64,000 bases of DNA from an uncultured Acidobacteriota bacterium (lineage in GTDB: Bacteria; Acidobacteriota; Thermoanaerobaculia; Gp7-AA8): the NCBI GenBank assembly GCA_963822445.1, contig CAWGHO010000002.1, positions 448,001 through 512,000 on the forward strand, written 5' to 3'. The notes under the pieces were generated by a model that did not search any database, had not been told where the DNA came from, and was given only the letters and a program-made list of their open reading frames with translations. Positions 46,947 to 56,430 of the stretch are shown here, piece after piece. Each line of letters begins with the position of its first letter. Position 1 is the stretch's first letter. Position numbers and translations under genes: made by a program.

Positions 46947-49460
46947 CTAGTTCGCGTTCACCTGCAGGTGCATGAACGAATCGTGCGCGCTGGTGGAGAT
47001 CACGCGGATCGTCGTGCCGGTCTTGGGGACGATGACGCTCGAGGTCGGGATGGTGGCATCCCAGTAATTGAGCAGGTCATTGAAGAACGGCTCCGCGGCC
47101 TTGGACGGAACTTCGATCTCGAACTGCACGCGGCGGTTCGGGGTGCCGGCCGGGCTGCCCGGGAGCGGCGGCAGGTTGCCGACGAACGGGAAGACCACGG
47201 TGTCGGTCGGATCGATGCCGAACGTCGCATCGAAGACCTGCAGGGTCGGGGTCCAGGCCGAGAAGTTCCAGAAGCGATCCGTGCCCGGCTCGTTGACGCC
47301 GAGACGCGTCATTGCGACCGAACGCGCGTCGACAGGAAGCGCGAAACCTTCGCCCGGGTGCGCGGACGTGTTGTTGTTCGTCCAGTCGTCATCAGCGTAG
47401 GTGACGAGCAGGCCGTCCTGGTACGGATAGTGGCCGACCTTGCCGCTCAGGTAGCTGGTGCCCGAGTACGGTCCGGTCTGCAGACCCGTGTCGTAACCGC
47501 GGTACTGGCGGAACTCGGCGATGTAGTAGTGCTGCTTGTTCGTGATGCGCTTGCCTTCCGACTGCGTGAACTTGTTCAGCGTCCACCCATTCGGCGAAAC
47601 CTCGGCGTCATCCGAGAACGAGCCGACAGTGATGTTGTCGACCACAACGCCCCAGGAGAAGGTGAAGGCGTCAGTCTTGTACATGATGCGCAGCAGGACC
47701 GTCTGACCGGCATAGGCCGACAGGTTGAAGGAAACGTTGCGCCAGGTGTTGCTGGCCCCGGTGAAACCGTTGCCGAGGTTCTGTCCGTTCGCGTTGGTGG
47801 TCGTGGTCAGGCCCGCGCTGGCGAGGTTCGTCCACGACGTGCCGCCGTTGGTCGAGATCGAGACGTAGCCGTAATCCCAGTTCGCCTCGGTATTGAACGC
47901 CAGGCGCATGCTCAGGGTCGGGCTCACCGTCGGGACGTCGATCGAGCGGATCATCGTCGCCTCGTGGTTGTTGCCCGTGCCGCTGAACCAGACCTTGCCG
48001 GTCGCGGCAGCCTGGGTCAGCGCGGGGTAATCAAACGACACGTTCTGATTCGCCGGAAGCGGGATGACCACGGCCTGCGCGGCCTTGGTGGTGTTCTCCG
48101 CCGGTCCGACTTTGTGCATCGAGAACTTGCCGTGGTCGGCCAGGTCGTAGGCCAGCCAGCCCAGCTGGAGCTTGTCCCAGCCACTCATGTCGCCCGGGCG
48201 CGTGCCGATGTCTTCGCCGCCTTCGCCGAGGTAAGAACCGCTGGACATGATGGTCCAGAAGCCGGTGCCGTTCGTGCCGGCGTTGCTCGTGTCGTAATGA
48301 TCCGGAAGGCCGAGGTCATGGCCGTACTCGTGCGCGAAGACGCCGAGGCCGCCGTTCTCCGGCTGGACGGTGTAGTCGCCGACCCAGATGCCGGTCGGGG
48401 TGACCGGGTAGCGGTTCTGCACCGCGGCCGCGTTCACGCTGGTGCTGTTGATGCCGCGCACGACGCCGCCGGTGGCACCGGACGTTCCGCCGTTCGGGTT
48501 CGCGCCCCAGCCGCCGCCGAACTGCACGCCGCCGTCCTTGTTGTAGGTCGGGCCGACGACGCCGCCGAAGTTGTACCAGGCCTGCCAGCGGTGCGACCAG
48601 ATCGCGTCGGCGCCGAGGATGCCGCCGCCGGTCTCTTCACCAGCGCCGGCGTGGACGATCTGGAAGTGATCGATGTAGCCGTCCGGCTCATTGAAGTTGC
48701 CGTCCTGGTCGTAGTCGTAGCGGTCCTGAACGTCGAAGGTCTTCAGGTAGTCGGCGACCTCGGCCGCCGTCTTGCCGGACGCGATCTCGTTCGCGGTCCA
48801 GGTGTTGATCGTGTCGGCGATCAGCGTCCACATCTGCGCATCGCCGACGAGGTTCGAGCCGTAGCGCGGACCGTTGAACGGCACTTTCACCCAGTGGGCC
48901 ACTTCGCCGTTGAACGTGTAGCGACCCGAGGACTGCGACTTGTAGTACTCAACCATCTTGTTGAAGTACATGTCGACGTAGTGCTCGCGGTTGTAGTCCG
49001 CCTGCCAGATGGTCGTGTTGTTCGTTTCACGGTTCGGCTGGGCGATGGTGTTGTGAAGCGGGCCGGGGATCTGGGAAAGGCCCGGGACGGCGGGATTGCT
49101 GCCGATGAAGCCGCCCTGCGTGCCGTATTCGACCAGCATCACGAAGATGCGGTCCGTGCGCTCGACCGGAAAATCGACGTACTGGCCGCGAGCGACCTCG
49201 TGCGTCTTTCCGCCCTGGTTCTGCCGAGTTGCGATGCGCTGGCTCACGGCCTGACGGCGGAGCTCGGCTTTCGCGTTCGCGTTCGGAGAGAAGAAGTTGT
49301 CGCTGCCGACGAGCTGCATGTCGCCGTCTTCGTTGGGGGCCAGCGACAGGCCGCCGCGATGGCCGGGAAGAGCAGGAGTTGCTTCCTCTTCTTCCTGGGC
49401 TGCCATGGGAAACGCCGCGAGCAGCACGGCGGTAAGGCACAACATGAGGGCTTTTTTCAA
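46947..49460 (-). CDS. Immune inhibitor A-like M6 metalloprotease
   Basis: TTG with GGAGG; signal peptide; DGYIDHFQIVHAG, IWSH, HEYGHDLGLPDHYDT. Confidence 0.95.
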   Translation of the reverse strand: MKKALMLCLTAVLLAAFPMAAQEEEEATPALPGHRGGLSLAPNEDGDMQLVGSDNFFSPNANAKAELRRQAVSQRIATRQNQGGKTHEVARGQYVDFPVERTDRIFVMLVEYGTQGGFIGSNPAVPGLSQIPGPLHNTIAQPNRETNNTTIWQADYNREHYVDMYFNKMVEYYKSQSSGRYTFNGEVAHWVKVPFNGPRYGSNLVGDAQMWTLIADTINTWTANEIASGKTAAEVADYLKTFDVQDRYDYDQDGNFNEPDGYIDHFQIVHAGAGEETGGGILGADAIWSHRWQAWYNFGGVVGPTYNKDGGVQFGGGWGANPNGGTSGATGGVVRGINSTSVNAAAVQNRYPVTPTGIWVGDYTVQPENGGLGVFAHEYGHDLGLPDHYDTSNAGTNGTGFWTIMSSGSYLGEGGEDIGTRPGDMSGWDKLQLGWLAYDLADHGKFSMHKVGPAENTTKAAQAVVIPLPANQNVSFDYPALTQAAATGKVWFSGTGNNHEATMIRSIDVPTVSPTLSMRLAFNTEANWDYGYVSISTNGGTSWTNLASAGLTTTTNANGQNLGNGFTGASNTWRNVSFNLSAYAGQTVLLRIMYKTDAFTFSWGVVVDNITVGSFSDDAEVSPNGWTLNKFTQSEGKRITNKQHYYIAEFRQYRGYDTGLQTGPYSGTSYLSGKVGHYPYQDGLLVTYADDDWTNNNTSAHPGEGFALPVDARSVAMTRLGVNEPGTDRFWNFSAWTPTLQVFDATFGIDPTDTVVFPFVGNLPPLPGSPAGTPNRRVQFEIEVPSKAAEPFFNDLLNYWDATIPTSSVIVPKTGTTIRVISTSAHDSFMHLQVNAN

Positions 49461-49735
49461 ACGAGATCCTCCTGGTAAGTGTTGAGACAGCAGACCTTTA
49501 AGGCCGCGGCTGCGCCACGGCATGAACCGACTGCGAGGGTGAAGCGCCACCGCCTTGCCGCTACTGCGGTACAGCTCTCTCTGGTGCTGGAACTGATGTT
49601 TTTGGAAGGCCGCGAGAGTACGGGCGACCGCCTGACTTTGTCAACAGCTCGATCTTTTCTTGTGAGGGAACCGTCAAAAACTGGCACCGGGCGGACACAA
49701 TTCCACCTGTGAGGGAATCCTTACGGATGGCGGAT

Positions 49736-50941
49736 TCAACGCAGCTGGCGGGTCGCTTCGGCGATGCGGGCCACGCCTTCGCGGAGGCGATCCATCGACG
49801 TGGCGTAGCTGATCCGGATGAAGTTGTCCGCGCCAAAGGCCGCGCCAGGCACGACCGCAACCCGGGCCTCATCGAGGAGGAAGTTCGCGAAGCCCTGGGA
49901 GTCGGTGATTCCGCGGCGGCCGAAGAACTCGCTCACGTCGGGGAAGACGTAAAACGCGCCGTCGGGATCGGCGCAGCAGATACCGTCCACGGCCTCGAGC
50001 GCCGGTACGAGCCACGCGCGGCGCTCCGAGTACGCGTCGTACATCCGCTTCACATCCTCGTCGACGCCGTTCAAGGCCTCGACCGCGGCGAGCTGCGAGA
50101 TGGTGCTGGGGTTCGACGTCGAGTGGCTCTGGATCTTGCCGAGGGCGGTGATGATCTCGGGATGGCCGATGGCGTAGCCGAGACGCCAGCCGGTCATCGC
50201 GAACGTCTTCGACATCGAGTTCACGACCACGATCGTCTCCGGATAGCGCTCGAACCACTTGATCGCCGAGACATGCTCGTTGCCAGCGTAGACGAAGAGC
50301 TCGTAGGTCTCGTCGAAAACGAGGAAGGCGTCGCGCGATGCGCACCACTCGACGATGCCGGCCAGCTCCTGCTCGCGGATCACGGCGCCGGTCGGATTGC
50401 AGGGGGAGTTGAGAATCACGCCGCGGGTGCGATCGGTGGCCACTGCGCGAATGTCGTCCAGCGTCGGCCGGAAGTGATTTTCCGGCGTGGTGCTGGCGAA
50501 AACCGGAGTTCCCCCCGCGAACGCGACCTGGTCGGGGAAGCTGACCCAGTACGGCGACGGGATGATCACCTCGTCCCCTTCGCGCACCAGGGCCAGCATC
50601 AGGTTGAAGAGCTCCTGCTTGCCGCCGCTGCCGGCGATCACGTTTTCGAGGCCCAGCCGCGTGCCCCAGCGGCTGTTGTAGCGATTGGCGATTCCCTCGC
50701 GCAACGCTTTCGTTCCGCTGGCGTTCGTGTACTTGGTGAAGCCGCGATCGATGGCGCGCTTGCCGGCCTCGCCTACCGCCGTGGGCGTCGCGAAGTCAGG
50801 CTCGCCCGGTCCGAAGTCGACCACGTCGACGCCCTGGGCGATGAGCGACGTGGCCCGGTTGAGGACGGCCAGCGTCGGCGACTCCTGCATCGCGGAGACA
50901 CGATCCGAAAAGCGGATGCCGGCGCGGGCCGTGGTGGTCAT
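49736..50941 (-). CDS. PLP-dependent class I aminotransferase (aspartate aminotransferase-like)
   Basis: GEPDF, NSPCNPTG, DETY, SMSKTFAMTGWRLG. Confidence 0.95.
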   Translation of the reverse strand: MTTTARAGIRFSDRVSAMQESPTLAVLNRATSLIAQGVDVVDFGPGEPDFATPTAVGEAGKRAIDRGFTKYTNASGTKALREGIANRYNSRWGTRLGLENVIAGSGGKQELFNLMLALVREGDEVIIPSPYWVSFPDQVAFAGGTPVFASTTPENHFRPTLDDIRAVATDRTRGVILNSPCNPTGAVIREQELAGIVEWCASRDAFLVFDETYELFVYAGNEHVSAIKWFERYPETIVVVNSMSKTFAMTGWRLGYAIGHPEIITALGKIQSHSTSNPSTISQLAAVEALNGVDEDVKRMYDAYSERRAWLVPALEAVDGICCADPDGAFYVFPDVSEFFGRRGITDSQGFANFLLDEARVAVVPGAAFGADNFIRISYATSMDRLREGVARIAEATRQLR

Positions 50942-50960
50942 CTGCTCGCCATTCTTATCA

Positions 50961-51968
50961 TCAAAGCTCGTCCGCGGGCTCTTCGTCCTTGATGACCGTC
51001 GTGTGATGCTCCGGTATGTGGGTCGGATCCGGCAAAGCCGGCTCCTCGGGGACCATCCGCGCGTGAATGAGCGAGGCCACGATCGACGCGACCAGAACGC
51101 CGCAGATGACCACGAGCGACCAGACCACCGGGATGTGATAGACGCCGGAGATGAGCATCTTCACGCCGACGAAGACCAGCACCACCGCCAGGCCGACTTT
51201 GAGGTAGTGGAACTTGTCCATCGAGCCGGCGAGGAGAAAGTAGAGCGAGCGCAGTCCGAGAATGGCGAAGACGTTCGAGGTGTAGACGATGAATGGGTCG
51301 GTGGTCACCGCGAAGATGGCCGGAATCGAATCGACGGCGAAGATCAGATCGCTGGTCTCGACGATCACCAGCACCAGCATGAGCGGCGTCGCCCACCACT
51401 TGCCGTCCCGTTTGACGAACATGTGGTTCTTTTCGTACGTGGGCGTGATCCGCGCGAACTTCCGGAACAGGCGCACCACCGCGTTGTCGGACGGATCCTC
51501 CGACTCGTTGTCGCGGGTCAGGAAGATCTTGATGCCGGTGTAGACCAGGAACGCGCCGAAGATGTAGAGGATCCAGCTGAACCGCTCGATCAGGGCCGCG
51601 CCCAGGCCGATGAAGATGCCGCGCATGAGCAGGGCGCCGAGGATTCCCCAGAACAGAACGCGGTGCTGATAGGCGGCCGGCACGCGGAAGCTCGAAAAGA
51701 TCAGGATGAAGACGAAGATGTTGTCGACGCTCAGCGACTTTTCGATGATGTAGCCGGCCAGGTACTGCATGCCGGCCTCGTTGCCCTTGTAGTAGAAGAC
51801 GCCGGCGCCGAAGAGCAGACCGAAGCTGATCCAGATCACCGTCCAGAGCAGCGCTTCCTTCATCGAGATGACGTGCGACTTCCGATGAAAGATGCCCTGA
51901 TCGAGGGCGAGCATGGTCAGGATCAGAAGGGTGAACAACACCCAGGACAGCGGACCACCAGCAAACAT
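50961..51968 (-). CDS. TerC/Alx family membrane protein
   Basis: EKSLSVDNIFVF, QHRVLFWG, DLIFAVDSIPA, SNVFAILGLRSLYF. Confidence 0.95.
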   Translation of the reverse strand: MFAGGPLSWVLFTLLILTMLALDQGIFHRKSHVISMKEALLWTVIWISFGLLFGAGVFYYKGNEAGMQYLAGYIIEKSLSVDNIFVFILIFSSFRVPAAYQHRVLFWGILGALLMRGIFIGLGAALIERFSWILYIFGAFLVYTGIKIFLTRDNESEDPSDNAVVRLFRKFARITPTYEKNHMFVKRDGKWWATPLMLVLVIVETSDLIFAVDSIPAIFAVTTDPFIVYTSNVFAILGLRSLYFLLAGSMDKFHYLKVGLAVVLVFVGVKMLISGVYHIPVVWSLVVICGVLVASIVASLIHARMVPEEPALPDPTHIPEHHTTVIKDEEPADEL

Positions 51969-52079
51969 TCAGGCTCCAGTCGGGAAAAGCGAGACTCCAC
52001 GCCTTGACGGGGGTGCCTCGCCGTGGGGCGCGGATTATACAAGCGCGCCGGGAGCGGGGTTGAGTAACATCGGCCGCCC

Positions 52080-52772
52080 ATGCCGCCGATCAGCAGCCGC
52101 CAGAATCCGCTCTTCAAGCGAATTCGCGAGGCCATCCGCGAGCATGCCGCGGAGATCGTGATCGAGGGACCGAAGCCGGTCGCCGACGCGATTGCCTGCG
52201 GATGGAAACCGATCGAGGTCATCGAGCGCGGCGTTCACTTCACGCCCGAGCTGTTCGACGCGCTCGCGGAAACGAAAACGCCGCAGAACACGATCGGGCT
52301 CTTCGAACGGCCGTCGGCCTCGGCGGCGGCGATTCTCGATCGGCGCGAGACCATCGCCATCGCCCTCGATGCGGTTCAGGATCCGGGCAATGTCGGAACG
52401 ATCGTGCGGCTGGCCGCGGCGTTCGATGCCGCGGGCGTGCTGCTGCTGCCCGGTTGCGCCGATCCGTTCGGACCGAAGGCGATCCGCTCGTCGGTCGGCG
52501 CGATTCTGAACGTGCCCGTCGCGCCGATCACCGTGCGCGAACTGCTCGATGCGCGGGTGAATCTCGTCGCCGCGGACATGAGCGGCGCCGTCGGCGATCC
52601 GCCGTCGCGCGACGCGGTGTTCGTCTTCGGCAACGAAGGCGCGGGTGTGTCGGATGAGTTGATGCGTGCCGCGCGCACGATCGCCATTCCCATGTCCGCA
52701 CGTGTGGAATCACTCAACGTCGCATCGTCCGCGGCGATCCTGCTTTCTCGCAGCTTCACCCTACGAACATGA
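52080..52772 (+). CDS. TrmH/SpoU family RNA methyltransferase
   Basis: VQDPGNVGTIVR, FGNEGAG, ESLNVA. Confidence 0.93.
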   Translation: MPPISSRQNPLFKRIREAIREHAAEIVIEGPKPVADAIACGWKPIEVIERGVHFTPELFDALAETKTPQNTIGLFERPSASAAAILDRRETIAIALDAVQDPGNVGTIVRLAAAFDAAGVLLLPGCADPFGPKAIRSSVGAILNVPVAPITVRELLDARVNLVAADMSGAVGDPPSRDAVFVFGNEGAGVSDELMRAARTIAIPMSARVESLNVASSAAILLSRSFTLRT

Positions 52773-53593
52773 CCGGCAAGCTCCTCATCGTCGGCACCCC
52801 CCTCGGCAATCTCTCCGACATGTCGCCGCGAGCCGTCGACGCGCTCAAGTCCGCGGATCTCATCCTCTGCGAAGACACGCGGCACACGCGGAAGCTGCTC
52901 AATCACTTCGGCATCGATCGGCCGACCGACAGCTATCACGAGCACAACGAGGACGCGAAGGCGGCGTCGCTGATCGAGCGGATCGAAGGCGGCCAGACCC
53001 TCGCGCTGGTGAGCGACGCGGGCATGCCGGTCGTCTCCGATCCCGGCTATCGCATCGTTCGCCTGGCGCGCGAGCGCGAGCTCACCGTCGAGCCGATCCC
53101 CGGTCCGTTCGCGGGAGTCCTCGCCCTCGCCGCGAGCGGCATCGCCCCGCTTCCCTTCACCTTCCTCGGCTTCACACCGCATCGCCAGGGCGAGCGTCTC
53201 GATTTCTACCGGACCGCGGCGGAGCTCGGGCACACGGTCGTGATCTACGAATCGCCGGAACGCGTCATCGCCTCCCTCGAGGACGCCCTCGAGGTCCTCG
53301 GCGACACAGACGTCACCGTCGCCCGCGAGATGACCAAGATGCATGAGGAACTGCTGAACGGGACGATCTCAGAAGTGCTTGCGTCCTTGCGCGAACGCGA
53401 CCGCGTGCATGGCGAGATCACGATCGTCCTCGGAGCGCGGGCACGCGAGGCTGCGGAAGTCTCGACGGAAGAGTTGCGCGCGGAGTTCGACCGACTGCGC
53501 GAGAGCGGCATGCGCCGGAACGACGCGGTGAAGGCGGTCGCGGAGAAGTTCGGGATGCGGAAGAACGACGTTTACCGTTTGCTCGCCGGCTGA
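52769..53593 (+). CDS. rsmI: 16S rRNA C1402 2'-O-methyltransferase
   Basis: VGTPLGNLSD, CEDTRHT, VSDAGMPVVSDPG, YESPER, REMTKMHEE. Confidence 0.96.
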   Translation: MTGKLLIVGTPLGNLSDMSPRAVDALKSADLILCEDTRHTRKLLNHFGIDRPTDSYHEHNEDAKAASLIERIEGGQTLALVSDAGMPVVSDPGYRIVRLARERELTVEPIPGPFAGVLALAASGIAPLPFTFLGFTPHRQGERLDFYRTAAELGHTVVIYESPERVIASLEDALEVLGDTDVTVAREMTKMHEELLNGTISEVLASLRERDRVHGEITIVLGARAREAAEVSTEELRAEFDRLRESGMRRNDAVKAVAEKFGMRKNDVYRLLAG

Positions 53594-53601
53594 TCGATTT
53601 T

Positions 53602-53716
53602 CAGTTTATCCCGCGCGAAGACGCGGGATCTCTTCGTGCACCGGCACGACCGCAGCGACGGGCGCGAGCTGCATCAGTGCGCGGTGAGATCCCGCGTCTG
53701 CGCGCGGGATAAACTC
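53602..53716. repeat. REP-like palindromic doublet
   Basis: AGTTTATCCCGCGCGAAGACGCGGGATCTC ... GAGATCCCGCGTCTGCGCGCGGGATAAACT. Confidence 0.75.
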
Positions 53717-53726
53717 TGAACGGTTG

Positions 53727-54347
53727 TCAGTCACGCTTATCCAACAACACCGCCCGCGCGAACTTGATGAAGTAGTCGACGCCGGACGACAGCGCGAACA
53801 ACATCACCGCCCACAGCGCGATCTTGCCGGTCAGGCGCAGCTCGCCGAGGGTCGCGCCGAGGATCAGCAGGCCGATGGCGATGACCTGGGAAATCATCTT
53901 TCCCTTCCCCAGCGGCGACGCGGCGATGGTCACCCCCTGCTGCGCGGCAATGGAGCGGAGGCCGGAGACGGCGAACTCCCGGCCGATGATGATCACCACC
54001 ATCCAGGCCGGCACGTGTACGGGATCCATCTCCACCAGCGAGATGAACGCGGCCGACATCAGAAGCTTGTCGGCGATGGGATCGAGCAGGGTTCCCATCC
54101 TGGTGATCTGCCCCCGCCGGCGGGCGAAGTAGCCGTCGAGGAAATCGGTGACCGCGGCCACGAGGAAGATGGCCAGCCCGACGAACTCGCGGCCGTCGAA
54201 CTTGGTCAGCAGGACGACGACCAGGAAGGGGACGAGGAAAATGCGCAGGAGGGTAAGCGAGTTCGGGAGGTTCCAGATCTCGGTTGAAATGCTCTCGCGC
54301 GGGGCGGGCTCTGGCCGCTCGACTAGACGCGGCGTGGGGGTCGACAT
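53727..54347 (-). CDS. pgsA: CDP-diacylglycerol--glycerol-3-phosphate 3-phosphatidyltransferase
   Basis: NLPNSLTLLRI, TDFLDGYFAR, LDPIADKLL, GKGKM. Confidence 0.93.
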   Translation of the reverse strand: MSTPTPRLVERPEPAPRESISTEIWNLPNSLTLLRIFLVPFLVVVLLTKFDGREFVGLAIFLVAAVTDFLDGYFARRRGQITRMGTLLDPIADKLLMSAAFISLVEMDPVHVPAWMVVIIIGREFAVSGLRSIAAQQGVTIAASPLGKGKMISQVIAIGLLILGATLGELRLTGKIALWAVMLFALSSGVDYFIKFARAVLLDKRD

Positions 54348-54414
54348 CCGCTCGCCAGAATAGTGATTTCCCTCGAAAGTGGGAAGCTTTGCGAATGGAA
54401 TTTCACTCTCTCAA

Positions 54415-54442
54415 TTGACATTCCTCACCCTGCCACTACAAT
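54415..54442 (+). promoter_or_regulatory. Sigma-70 promoter of tRNA-Leu
   Basis: TTGACA-N16-TACAAT, 13 bp upstream of the tRNA. Confidence 0.85.
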
Positions 54443-54455
54443 CGCGGTCCCTCTT

Positions 54456-54542
54456 GCCCGGGTGGCGGAATTGGTAGACGCGCAGGTCTCAGAAGCCTGT
54501 CCTCATTAGAGGGTGCTGGTTCGATTCCAGTCCCGGGCACCA
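54456..54542 (+). tRNA. tRNA-Leu(CAG)
   Basis: GCCCGGG/CCCGGGC acceptor stem, anticodon loop CTCAGAA, long variable arm, GGTTCGATTCC, encoded CCA. Confidence 0.97.
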
Positions 54543-54630
54543 GCCGGCCGGTACGACCGGCAGCGCTGAAGGCGCCGCAACGCGGTGCGAATCCTTCCCC
54601 TTGGCTCATGCTTCGCAAGATTGCTAAACG

Positions 54631-55059
54631 ATGAAGCGCCTCGTTTTTCTCACCGCGTTCGCCGTTTTGGCCTGCGATTCCAGCCCTTCCGGCAAGGCCG
54701 CGGCCGCCAAAACGCAGTCGGAAATGCGCACCATCAATGAAGTGGCGCCGCAGCCCGCGAAGCTCGAGCCGCCGCCGATGCTGACCGACGAAGCGCCTCC
54801 GCCGAAGCCGAAGGTTCTGCCGTGGGAAACGCCGACGGCGATCGTCTTCAGCCCCGAGGACGAGAAGCTCCGCGGATCGCTTCCGTTCACTCCCGCCATC
54901 GCCATGGACCCAATCGACGGCAGCAAGCTGTCGATCCGCGCGGTCACGCCGACGGTCGACTACAAAGGCCGCATCTACTACTTCTCGTCCGAGGAGAACA
55001 AGCGGACGTTCATGGCCAACCCCGCTCAGTATCTGACGGGCAGGTTCACGAAGCTGTAG
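54631..55059 (+). CDS. YHS-domain lipoprotein
   Basis: Lipobox VLAC; DPIDG...YKGRIYYFSSEENKRTFMANPAQY. Confidence 0.85.
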   Translation: MKRLVFLTAFAVLACDSSPSGKAAAAKTQSEMRTINEVAPQPAKLEPPPMLTDEAPPPKPKVLPWETPTAIVFSPEDEKLRGSLPFTPAIAMDPIDGSKLSIRAVTPTVDYKGRIYYFSSEENKRTFMANPAQYLTGRFTKL

Positions 55060-55068
55060 ACCGCGGCG

Positions 55069-55524
55069 CTACGGCGCCGGTCGCGGGGCGGGCGGCGGTG
55101 GCATCTCCGGCTCGGTCTTTCCGCGATGGCACGTCCAGCACAACACGCGCGGCTCGGCAGGAGCGGTTGCCTCGTGGCCTTCCGCGGCTTCGACCCGTGC
55201 CATCCAGGTCGTGTTGATCTCTCTGGCCATCGTGTACATCACCCGCGCGACGCGCTTCTCTTCCTTCGTGTCGGCGGCGAAGTCGAGCTTCTCTTCGGGC
55301 TCGGTCGCGGTGACGACGTGGCAGTGGTTGCAGCGCACGCCGAGGCCGCGGGTGAAGCCTCGCATCGTGGCGAGGAGCTGCTCGCGGGTGATGTCCGGGG
55401 GAAGGACCTGCAGGTTCTTGAATTCTGGGTTCTTCACCACCGTGGCGGGTGCGGTTGCCGTGGGGCTGGTGGATGTCGTACATCCAAGGATGAGGAACCC
55501 GGCGAGAGTTAACGTCTTGTACAT
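55069..55524 (-). CDS. Di-heme c-type cytochrome lipoprotein (reaction-centre cytochrome c-like family)
   Basis: KNLQVLP, LGVRCNHCH, CWTCHRG. Confidence 0.88.
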   Translation of the reverse strand: MYKTLTLAGFLILGCTTSTSPTATAPATVVKNPEFKNLQVLPPDITREQLLATMRGFTRGLGVRCNHCHVVTATEPEEKLDFAADTKEEKRVARVMYTMAREINTTWMARVEAAEGHEATAPAEPRVLCWTCHRGKTEPEMPPPPAPRPAP

Positions 55525-55566
55525 TGCGCCTCCCGCCGGGCGTCTGTGCAGAAGTCGTGCAGCCCG

Positions 55567-55908
55567 CTACGGAGCCGCCTCGGCCGGCTCGACTCTGACC
55601 GCGAATGCCTGCCCGAGCGTGCAGCCCGCGGCGTCGCTGAGGAGGATGAGAACGGTCGTGTCCATCACCGTCGTCGGCACGCCGCGAATCCGGCCGTTCG
55701 CGGTCAGGTGCAGTCCGTCGGGTAAAGCGCCGTCGATGATCTCGAAGCGGTAAGGGGGTGTCCCGCTCACGGCTTCAATGGTGAAATTGGCGGGCTGGCC
55801 GACGTAAAAAGTGGGAAGCGATTCGGTCTGGTACGTGAGCAGGCACTGGCCTGATGCGAATGTCGGAGCGAGAAGTAAGACTGCGGCGATGAGCAAGAGC
55901 TTCTTCAT
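55567..55908 (-). CDS. Small exported putative Ig-domain protein
   Basis: Signal peptide; GTPPY...GALPDGLHLTANGRIRGVPT. Confidence 0.82.
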   Translation of the reverse strand: MKKLLLIAAVLLLAPTFASGQCLLTYQTESLPTFYVGQPANFTIEAVSGTPPYRFEIIDGALPDGLHLTANGRIRGVPTTVMDTTVLILLSDAAGCTLGQAFAVRVEPAEAAP

Positions 55909-55982
55909 GATGTTCTCCTCTCGAAAGGGGGAAATCGTACGTCAACGCCATCCGGACGGCAGCGCGTAAAGATGGAATCTAA

Positions 55983-56423
55983 ATGACAGACATTCCTCAC
56001 AAACGGGGCCGCGGACGTCCACGGCGCGAAGGTGCCGATGACGAGATCCTCGCCGTGACCCTGGCCATGCTGCGCGAGAGCGGTTACGGCGCGCTGACCG
56101 TCGACACGATCGCCGAGCTGGCCGGCGTCGCCAAGACCACGCTGTACCGGCGGTGGCCGTCGAAGAGCGCGCTCGTGGCCGCGGCAATCGCGCCACTGGC
56201 GAATGAGTCCGGCGCGAATGACGTCGACGGCATCCTGCGCGAGACCGCCGCGCTGCTGCGATTGTTCGAGGGCGCGGATGCGGAAGCGATCGAGGTGATC
56301 GCCGCGATTTTGCGGCCGCGGCACGAACGGCTGCGCGCTCTGGCCGGCGACGGACGGGCGGACGAGCTGCTCGGCGCGCTGCTGGTGCGGCTGCTCGTTA
56401 CGCGCGAGCCGATGGTACTTTGA
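55983..56423 (+). CDS. TetR/AcrR family regulator
   Basis: RGRPR, TVDTIAELAGVAKTTLYRRWPSK. Confidence 0.9.
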   Translation: MTDIPHKRGRGRPRREGADDEILAVTLAMLRESGYGALTVDTIAELAGVAKTTLYRRWPSKSALVAAAIAPLANESGANDVDGILRETAALLRLFEGADAEAIEVIAAILRPRHERLRALAGDGRADELLGALLVRLLVTREPMVL

Positions 56424-56430
56424 CGCGCGC

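Noticed and set aside
46968-49478. Long antisense ORFs (836 aa here; also 14877-16559 and 23235-24539)
   Set aside because: Shadow frames of high-GC genes with no motifs.
49461-49735. c-di-GMP riboswitch upstream of the M6 protease
   Set aside because: Only vague similarity (GGCGCAGCC...GGCCTTAAA); the GCAAA/GAAA elements are not seen.
51969-52045. yybP-ykoY Mn riboswitch upstream of TerC
   Set aside because: A TATAAT and a small hairpin are present, but the leader is short and I could not find the conserved core; an Rfam scan would decide.
53602-53716. Resemblance to a type I-E CRISPR repeat (CGCGGGATAAAC)
   Set aside because: Only two copies, inverted rather than direct, with no spacers or cas genes; treated as a REP doublet.
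54456-54542. Possible selenocysteine tRNA (TCA in the loop, long arm)
   Set aside because: The 7-nt loop CTCAGAA centres on CAG and the acceptor stem is 7 bp, so it is Leu. No integrated element or att duplicate follows it.
55069-55524. Evidence of phototrophy from the reaction-centre-like cytochrome
   Set aside because: Short di-heme homologue with no puf/bch genes nearby; such proteins occur in non-phototrophs.
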